Source of the DNA: Paraspadella gotoi
Lineage: Eukaryota; Animalia; Chaetognatha
Length of the DNA stretch: 7,107 nucleotides
Direction of reading: 5' to 3'
Assembly (NCBI GenBank): GCA_051294375.1
Contig: JBJCIZ010000247.1
Span: 1 to 7,107, forward strand
Part shown: piece by piece, positions 1 to 7,107 of the stretch
Layout: every line of letters begins with the position of its first letter
Numbering within the stretch: the stretch's first letter is position 1
Notes under the pieces: generated by a model
What the model was told of the DNA's origin: nothing
The model's database searches: none
Seen by the model: only the letters and a program-made list of their open reading frames with translations
Translations under genes and position numbers: made by a program

Positions 1-16
1 AGAGAGAGAGAGAGAG
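1..16. repeat. (AG)8 microsatellite, possibly truncated by the window edge
   Basis: Seen directly: agagagagagagagag. Confidence 0.95.
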
Positions 17-182
17 GGAGTGGAGGCGAAGCCTTTGAGGCGACGCTAGCGGCTTCTCCACTTTAAAGCGCCCACGCTTTTTTTTCTTCCAACGCGGAAA
101 AAATTAATCGTCGGCGAATCTCGTCCGCTCTTGTTTTTCATGGAGCTTCTTTATGAAGTTCACGAGCGTCGGGGCGAACGCG

Positions 183-213
183 GTTGTTGTCGTTGTTTGT
201 TGTTGTCGTTGTT
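183..213. repeat. GTT-derived tandem repeat, two exact 15-bp copies with period 16
   Basis: gttgttgtcgttgtt at 183-197 and 199-213. Confidence 0.9.
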
Positions 214-290
214 ATGATCTCCGAGTCGCTCCTTTTACCTGGGCTTCCTTTTTTTTTCTTGCGACGGAGGCGGTTTAACTCGGTCGCAGG

Positions 291-335
291 GGCGGAAGCG
301 GCGGAAGCGGCGGAGGCGGCGGAAGCGGCGGCGGC
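291..335. repeat. 9-bp GGC-derived tandem repeat, 5 units
   Basis: ggcggaagc, ggcggaagc, ggcggaggc, ggcggaagc, ggcggcggc. It reads AEAAEA on + and PPPLPPPPPLPPLPP in one - frame. Confidence 0.92.
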
Positions 336-650
336 GAATCTGATTGAGACTTTAATGATGCACTTTTTTGATTCTGTTATCGTTTAAATTATTAATTCTA
401 ACCTTTTATGCTAATAAAAATTATTTTGTTGTTCCACGAAAATTTCGTTTCTTCTAATTCTATCCTAAAAACTAATGAAAACTTGCTTTGCAAAATAGAG
501 CAAAAATATTATTTATAAAGAATAGAACCATTAAAACTTCCTTTAACATTCGATTGATGGATTGATTTATAAATTTTGAGATGGGAAATTGAAAACGTTT
601 TCCAAGGCATAACCTCTGTCTTCAATTCATTAAAAATCTGTAATTCTTGG

Positions 651-697
651 TTCTTTTCTCCCTCCCTTCTTTCCTTCCTTCCTTCCTTTCTTCCTTC
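651..697. repeat. Pure polypyrimidine tract with a (TTCC)n core, running into the assembly gap
   Basis: 47 nt of only C/T ending at the N run. Its true length is unknown. Confidence 0.92.
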
Positions 698-722
698 NNN
701 NNNNNNNNNNNNNNNNNNNNNN
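698..722. other. Assembly gap (25 N)
   Basis: Run of N. Distance and frame across it are unreliable. Confidence 0.99.
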
Positions 723-1129
723 TTAATTATTGATGTATTTTAATTGATACGGTTATGTACAGTACAATTTCAACGCGGCGCGGAATTCTTATCTTGTCGG
801 TTGTTTGCCGATCAGTTGGTGGTAATGACTGGGTTTATTTGCGATTCGTTTGATGGGAAAAGGTCATCGATGGTTATGTAGATTGGGAATCACACAGGCC
901 GGTGAATTCGTTTTCCTTTTACTGCTCCAACGTCACTCTCGATTATGTGCGATGCTTCTCTTTGGTTTTCCCGTTTTACTTTTTCCATCCGTCAATATTA
1001 GAAAAACTACTTTAAATGGTCTCATCTTTCCCTTTACAGCATCCGAAGGCGAAGGATGGGATGGAGTAATTAACAAAAAAGTGTGCTGACGTCCGTTGTA
1101 TTTCTTGTTTGTGATACCAGTTGATGTAG

Positions 1130-1400
1130 TGGAGGGACCGGAGTGCAGTTGGCGTTCCGTTTCAGGCGGGGTGAATTGCGGGAGGGGTGTCTATTTCGGG
1201 CAGGGCGGGTGGCGCGAGAGGGACGCGGAGCGGGTGAGCGCCGGTTGTTCGTCGGTGGCGGCCGTTTATCCGGATATACGCTGAGAGGCAGTCGCGGTCC
1301 GGTGTTCGCTGGGCCGCAAAAAATTTGTCCAGTGAAGTTCCGTATCGCTGGGCCGGCCAGTCTTTCGACGTGCGGGTTCGTGGTGAGCGGAGGATATTTT
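1130..1400. other. GC/CpG-rich island with G-runs and short internal repeats
   Basis: Visibly G/C-rich against the AT-rich 1480-2300 block. Six runs of three or more G in 1168-1209. tcgctgggccg at 1306-1316 and 1345-1355. Confidence 0.75.
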
Positions 1401-4400
1401 CAGTGATTGATTGGGTGGATTAAACCAATGTCGTTCCGTTTTCGGGATTCATCGTGATGCTTTACATGTGGATTAGCTTGGATTTAAATTTATTTAATAA
1501 ATTTATTATTTTTTCTTTAGATTTGTCCTATGTACTATATTCCGGGAGGAGCCCCTTTTATATTTTGCCCTTAACTGCTCGCATTTATTTGTTACTGTTA
1601 CGAAATAATTCTTTTATTCGGGAATAGTTCTTACTTTGTTGCTCTTTATTGTCTTTATTCTTGAATTGAAATGCTTCTTTTGCGTCGACCGAATCTTATG
1701 GGCTTTTTTTTGTTTTATTAAGTACCGATCGGGCGTGTGTGTTGATTGGTGCGGTGATTTCGTAGTTTCGACGATTTAGATAGGCTTGTCTGATACGATC
1801 TCATTGCCGCGGATGAGTTGACCTGAGTTGATATTTTGAAATGTGGGATTCTCTGATGAGTTGAGGTTCATTGTTTCGAGTTTGTATTTTAATATATTTT
1901 CATTTTTATTAGATAATAGAATTGTTGACTTACTTTGTTTATATGATTTATTTTAGAAATATATTGGGATTTTATTATTTTTTTGTTTATTTGATATTCG
2001 TGATTATCTGTTTGTATAGTAGGTATTCTGTCTTGGTTAGTTATTGATCAATTATTCATCATAGTCCTTTACATTTATTCATAAATAAATAAGCAAATTT
2101 ATTTTATTGTGATACAGGTTTTTGTATTTTTTCATTAAATCATTTCTGACGTCAGCGATTCCATTCAATCTAGATTTCAGGCTATCACCACACTTTGGAC
2201 TACCAAGGTAAACTTTTCTAAGTCAATTGTCCCCTCATTGATGTTTATAGATTTTTGTGTTACTGATAGTGAAGTTATTATGTTATTTTTGTTTTATTGT
2301 CCTTTTAACGTCATTACACTTTGCTCCGTATTCTGTTGAAATCCGAATCTCACTACGAAAGGGCTTCAAAAATCTTGTTCTTAATGTTAAATATGCGTGT
2401 AGTGTTCACGAAGAGTCAGTTTTATTGTAGATTTTACGTGTGGTAATACGAAGATAGGCGCGTTTTTAATCGTGGCGATATCATATTTATTCTTCCTTCT
2501 TGTACTTCGATTACTTTTACATGTCATATTTACTTTTGCGGATTATTCAGTTAAGATTTTTTACGTCTTTCTCTCTCTCACAATAATATTTTTCATATAC
2601 TCGGTAATCTGGCGTGTCTGCTCTCGTCAAAACTCGGTTGTGATCGTGTCTTTCGGCCTTGGGCTACGGTGAAGTGTTCTCTGTCATACTAGCACTCAGG
2701 TTGATTAGTTGTAATATCGACGACGCGTAAGCAGCGCTAGTACGACTATGTAGATTGTCAATGGAGCAGGTTTTTCCGGCCAGTGCACGTATGGTCGACT
2801 ATCTTTCTTTAGCCGACTCCTCTCGGTTGCGATCCGTCGACACTAAAAACACATATCATTACCTACTCGATAGGTCGTAGTACTAGTAAAATGTCTTCTT
2901 CGCAAATTGGCATTTGATGGATGGTCGAGCTTGATTTTTTTCGACGTACTGCCCCTTTCCAAGTTGTTTCTCCGCGAATTATCAAAGTTCATTTCGGCCG
3001 CTGTTTCCCAATCGCTGCCCTGGCTTTCGTCGTCGAACATAGACAACGAATTTCCCCCGCCGTTATGTTTCCGTTTTGTCTTTATGTCGTCTCCTATGGG
3101 GCTACGTATGCTCCCGTTTTTGTGTTTGTCACTTGCTTTCTCTGCGCTCGTGATACGTCGACGCTTCTATTCCGCTCATGGGGCTTCTCGCTTTCTCATG
3201 GTTCTTGGCATCTACTTTCTTCTGCACGAGTGATGTCTGTGATTTCCTTCTTGTTTCGGTTCCATTTGAGCTTTGTCGCTCGGTCGTCTTTGATTATCAT
3301 AATATGTGACGAGATCGATGTGATTCTGTCAGAGCGCCTGACGCTACGATTGTCGCTCTGTTGACGTGTTGCTGCGTGTGCTGCGCGGATGATTTGCTCT
3401 TGTTGTATGAGCTTTGTCTGTGTTTCGTTGTAGATTCAAAGCTGTGTGGGATTCTTTCTTTGCCGGTACCTGTTTGGCTATTGCCTGGTCTTGTGTCGTG
3501 CTCCGGATATCTCAGATTTTTTGTTGGTGTTATTTGTCTGTTTGTTGAATTTTATTTTCGCTGGTGCGATGTGTGTGCGTTGCATTCAGACCGGCACTTA
3601 TGGTGTTGACTTCATTTCTGGACTGTTATGGCTCGCCCTTTCTTGCACTCAGAACGCTGGTTTAGATTGCTGTAGTTGTTTATCAGGAGTAGTTGGCGTC
3701 GTTCTTAAAAGCAACAATGAAACAGTGACAAGGGCGCGGCTTGTTCTGTTTGCAACCTCATCTTTTTGTATGTATCTTTGCTCTCTTGTAACTGTCTTCA
3801 GGAAATTTGTATAAAGTTGATTGGATAATTGTAGAATTTTGAGGTTGAGTTATATTTGTTGTGTTTTTTGGTCTCATCTCAATTTTTATTAATTGTACCT
3901 ATGTAACAAAAGTTTCATTTAACATTTTTTTCTCCTATGCTGAAGATATATTTTTATTTCCTTTGCGAGTAATGTTCGTAATATCTGGCTGCTCACTTAT
4001 CTGAAATACTTTTGTAAGAATCGCTTGTCGCTGAGCCGCAGAAGGATGCTAGTACTTTTCTCGTCTATTGGATCCTCTCGCTCATTTTTGCGGTCTAAAT
4101 CCAATGTTGTTCATGCTGTTTTGAATTTTTATACAATTTCGTAGTGCCAGACGTCTATAGTTTCTCCAGATATTTCTCCTACTCACAATTCTGTGGCATC
4201 GATGTGAGCGAAATGTGAGGTTTGCAATCACAAAATTTTAGTTTCCATTGCAGTTCAACCAGCTTTTCTTAACGGAGGTCGAACCTTCATCGAGCTGCTC
4301 AAGCAGCAAAACTATAGGAGGTCCTATCCTATTCACATTTCGCCTTTGGTTCTTTCTTCTTCAACTTGTAGACAGGATTGAATTTTTTTGTTTATATTTC

Positions 4401-5614
4401 ATGCATGTCGCGAATTTTCATCTAAGTTTTTGTTGGCCAAGCTTGGTTCAATTTAAGGAATTGTATCTAGCTGGTTCATCTTCATAATACTAACAAATTG
4501 GACATCTTTCTTTGTGTCTCCTTTTTGTTTTTTTTTGTGTGCGCTTTAACTTGAGGCAGCATTGTATGTCTTTTAATCTGCAGTGGTTGAATCCTATTGA
4601 GTCGTTAGTGAAGTCTTACTTTAGTGAGTGAGTGAGTTTATGAGGTATTTTATTGGGATCCAAACGCGTTTTGCTATGAACATAATCATAGTTGTGGTCC
4701 TGTTCTGATCTCTAATTCTGTTGTATTGAATTATTTTTATCTTAAAATGGAAGCAGAATGGGAGGCTCTCCGACGCTGATTTCGACATGTATGACACGTG
4801 GATATTGGCCAATTGATGCTATTCACATGTCGACGGAGTATCCGCAGAGAGCTATGGAATTGACGGGCTTAATAGTAGGTCAAGGCCGCAACTGAAAACT
4901 GATTTCAAGGAGAGTTCGACCTGGGAAGGAGACGCAGACTAGAACGTACTCCGATGATGAAAAGTGAGTTTAGTGCAAATCTTCCTGTTAGATGCACAGG
5001 CGAAGTTGGGGCTGGTGGGACAGTTTCTTTTGAAGGCTGATTCCATTAGACAGCTTTTGTGGGGTTCTTCTTGCAGAGTTTTTCGCGACGCTTTGTACAG
5101 CAGCTTTTACCAGAGCAGTTCCTCTCAACAAATTGTTTCGTCTACGTATTTCTCTTTCATGCTATTTTGTGCCGTAACTTTAGTTCGCGGAGGTTTGTAT
5201 TTTTTTGGAGCTACTTCTTCTTTGAGTTCTTTCTCCAATTCTGTCTCTGCACTTCTTCTTCAGAAAACATCTCTTCATACTTTTTAAAGTCACTTCCTAT
5301 CGTTACTCTCTCTTTCTCCTCGCAGCAATATTTTCTTCGTTGAAGGTACTTTCTGTTTCCATTATCTGTCGGTTTGGTGAACGAGATAGCATTTTCCAGT
5401 TTCTTGTATAATGGGTTCTGGTCTGCTGCTGCATATTACTCGCACTGGTGCAAAGCTTTATTAGGGCGGCATTTTGTAGTGCTCTAGCATCTGTATCTCT
5501 TCTCTCATATCTTGGTTTAACTGCGTTAGGGAGAATCCTATTGAGTGATCATTGAGTGTTCTCGCTTTCGTTTCTATCGCTGTCTTGCCGGTCCCGCCTC
5601 GTGACCGCGGCGCT

Positions 5615-5998
5615 TCAGCTTGCGCATCGTGTTTCTTGGGCCAAGTTTTTAGCCGGTTGCCGGCCTGGTTCCGCTTGGACCGAGTTTAAACCGTCTTCCA
5701 GCACACGTCTTTCAATCCTTCGCACTCGGCATATACCTTCGTTGTTTCCAGATAGAGGGGTCCCCGATCGGGATCTTTGGGAGCGCGTCCTCTTTGGCGG
5801 CGTCTCCGGCGGCGGCTCCTCTCGGCGGGCGTTATGTGGGCGGTTGACATATGGTTTTGCGATCTCGGCGACTTCCATGTGGGCCTGCGTCTGGTCGAGC
5901 ATCCTCTCGTGTCTAACAGAAACCGCCTCCGCGGCGCGGTTTTTTCGTCTCGATGCATCTGGGCCGCCGCGTCTTCTTGTATTATCTGGATGGTCCAA
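5615..5998 (-). CDS. Alternative overlapping hypothetical R/E/P-rich ORF, 127 aa
   Basis: Listed ORF with a TTG start and disordered-looking composition (RREEPPPETPPKRTRSQRSRS). No homology recognised. Confidence 0.15.
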   Translation of the reverse strand: MDHPDNTRRRGGPDASRRKNRAAEAVSVRHERMLDQTQAHMEVAEIAKPYVNRPHNARREEPPPETPPKRTRSQRSRSGTPLSGNNEGICRVRRIERRVLEDGLNSVQAEPGRQPAKNLAQETRCAS

Positions 5999-6066
5999 TT
6001 GAAAACTGAGGGAGGATGCCGCGAGTTACATGTTATTTCAGCCGCGCGTTTCTTTTGGTGACTCAT
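5686..6066 (-). CDS. Hypothetical Arg-rich ORF, 126 aa (would extend to TGA at 5290-5292, 258 aa, if TAA=Gln)
   Basis: True ATG start on the A-rich strand, preceded by TTTAAA (6135-6140) and an AG-rich tract. No recognisable domain. It lies in a GC-rich patch where open frames arise easily. Confidence 0.2.
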   Translation of the reverse strand: MSHQKKRAAEITCNSRHPPSVFNWTIQIIQEDAAAQMHRDEKTAPRRRFLLDTRGCSTRRRPTWKSPRSQNHMSTAHITPAERSRRRRRRQRGRAPKDPDRGPLYLETTKVYAECEGLKDVCWKTV

Positions 6067-6151
6067 GACGCACGGCGGCGCGTGTGAAGAAAAAGTGGCC
6101 GCGGTGGTCTGCGAGCCGGGTGGCTCACTCGGCGTTTAAAGGGCGATCGCG

Positions 6152-6213
6152 CTCTCTCTCTGGCATCCTCTCTCTTCTCTTTTCTCTCTTCTATTATCCT
6201 CTTCTCTTTTTTT
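6152..6213. repeat. CT-rich low-complexity tract (AG-rich on -)
   Basis: ctctctctct...cctctctcttctcttttctctcttc...cctcttctcttttttt. Confidence 0.85.
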
Positions 6214-6644
6214 AAATCTATCGTGTCCTCTTTGTACGGGTCGCTCCGCCGGAACGGGATCGTTACGGGGTTCGGCTTATCCTGCGTGGTAATGGTACTG
6301 CTTATGTCTCCTTCTCTTCTTCTGGTTCGTTTACCTCTCCGTGTCTCGGCTCTTTTCTACTTCTTGGTCGCTTTCTCTCGTAGTGTTGATACGGAAGAGC
6401 AGAAATTTTGTTGCGTTCTTTTGGTAAAAACAACGGATTAATAATAAAGTAAGTAATGTTTGAGAAAGGAGAAAAAGAGTGCCGAGAAAGAGAAAAACTA
6501 ACAACGGGTGAATGTTGTTGCCATCGGCAATTACAATTTAAGTGGATTCGAAAAATACAAGAACTGGGCCATAAAAACAAGAAACGAAACTATTGTGAGA
6601 AAAAAAGAAATTAAAGAAATTAAGCGAAAGCGAGTGAACAATTT

Positions 6645-6777
6645 AGCAAGCAAGCAGTAAGCAGAGTAAGAACGGAACCGAATAAGTAAACAAGCAAGCA
6701 AGCATGTCTACGAGAGAGTAAGAAAGGGAGAGAGCAAGCGAGCTTGCAAGCAAGAGATAAAGTGAAAAGCAAGCAAA
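6645..6777. repeat. Dispersed, degenerate (AAGC)n microsatellite cluster
   Basis: agcaagcaagca 6645-6656, caagcaagcaagca 6691-6704, agcaagcgagcttgcaagcaag 6733-6754, aagcaagcaa 6767-6776. Confidence 0.85.
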
Positions 6778-6976
6778 GTACAGAGTTGAGGCAGCGGTTT
6801 TAAAGGAAAGAGAAACGAAATGCAAAGTCTCGAAATCGCGGATTTTGCTCTCATCGATTATATTTTTTTTTGTTTCGGAAAAAGAAATATTTTTTTTCTC
6901 ATCTTCTTTGTTTCTTGAAATTCTGTTAAGAATAAAGAAAGAAAGACTCAATCAACATCCAAAGTCAAGCCGTTCT

Positions 6977-7025
6977 AAAAGGGGAAAGGAGGAAAGGAAA
7001 AAGGAGGAAGAGGAAAGAAGAAAAG
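6977..7025. repeat. Pure polypurine (GGAAA/GAA-type) tract
   Basis: Only A/G from 6977 to 7025. Confidence 0.88.
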
Positions 7026-7107
7026 TTGAGAAATCAAAAAAAGCGAAGGGGAGTAAGAAATATAAAAAATAAAGGAAGAGGTAAAACAATTACATATCAT
7101 ATGATTC

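Larger units (their letters stand above)
723..6210 (-). mobile_element. Possible heavily decayed retroelement-like or other ex-coding relic, family unassignable
   Basis: Inference only. Sustained A-rich - strand over more than 5 kb (3481-3540 has 29 T vs 5 A on +). The GC-rich 5' part encodes R/P/E-rich low-complexity peptides and there are stops in all frames downstream. No convincing RT (YxDD), RNase H, integrase, tyrosine recombinase or zinc-knuckle motif was found. Confidence 0.25.

Noticed and set aside
184-387. 67-aa + ORF with VVVVV and AEAAEA runs
   Set aside because: It is a translation of simple repeats with a TTG start.
1306-1355. 11-bp repeat pair at 39-bp spacing as a possible CRISPR remnant
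   Set aside because: Only two short copies, no array and no cas genes.
1486-1504. Perfect 9-bp inverted repeat aaatttatt-t-aataaattt
   Set aside because: It is A/T-only within an AT-rich block and expected by chance.
3290-4390. Ghost DIRS-type RT/RNase H words on the - strand: FNPVYKLKKK (~4383-4354), TTLDL...PIDEKS (~4110-4057), KQVPAK (~3474-3457), HIDL (~3324-3313)
   Set aside because: The matches are short, lie in different frames and have wrong spacing. Catalytic motifs (PFG, YxDD, TDAS) are absent. They cannot be told from chance without an HMM search.
1800-5290. Intact polyprotein hidden by an alternative genetic code
   Set aside because: TGA occurs repeatedly in all three - frames alongside TAA/TAG. 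The longest TGA-free stretch is about 240 codons (5124-4402) and has no recognisable motif.
2472-5343. Plus-strand ORFs rich in F/L/V/C that look like membrane proteins (2472, 2907, 2921, 3361, 3446, 4248, 4964, 5059)
   Set aside because: T-rich, A-poor DNA lacks stop codons and yields hydrophobic peptides automatically. Most start with TTG/GTG and several overlap each other.
5556-6066. Four overlapping ORFs on both strands suggesting an overlapping-gene or frameshift system
   Set aside because: High local GC makes stops rare. No slippery site with downstream structure and no recognisable product was seen.
6860-6897. 12-bp hairpin followed by a T tract, resembling an intrinsic terminator
   Set aside because: The stem is A/T-only with one G-T pair and derives from homopolymer runs. 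The context is eukaryotic-looking and there is no credible upstream gene.
6643-7072. ORFs 6643-6951(-) and 6845-7072(+)
   Set aside because: These are translations of AAGC and polypurine low-complexity DNA with TTG starts.

Overview
No recognisable intact gene, RNA gene, CRISPR array or prokaryotic operon is visible. The window looks like eukaryotic draft-assembly DNA: microsatellites, purine/pyrimidine tracts, a 25-N scaffold gap at 698-722, and abundant CpG. From about 723 to 6420 the + strand is strongly T-rich, so the - strand is A-rich, as in a decayed minus-oriented coding or retroelement-like sequence. The skew flips abruptly at about 6425. Most listed + strand ORFs are Phe/Leu/Val/Cys-rich antisense shadows of this skew. 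Between about 1800 and 5290 all three - frames carry TGA as well as TAA/TAG stops, so there is no intact pol-sized ORF under the standard code or a TAR=Gln code. Weak leads are: (i) several frames interrupted almost only by TAA, hinting at a TAR=Gln host code; (ii) a degenerate inverted similarity between 1-96 and 6079-6174 that could bracket a ~6.2 kb relic element; (iii) a decayed internal duplication; (iv) a G-run-rich GC island. None of these amounts to evidence for a new biological system, and organism and element family cannot be assigned without database searches.
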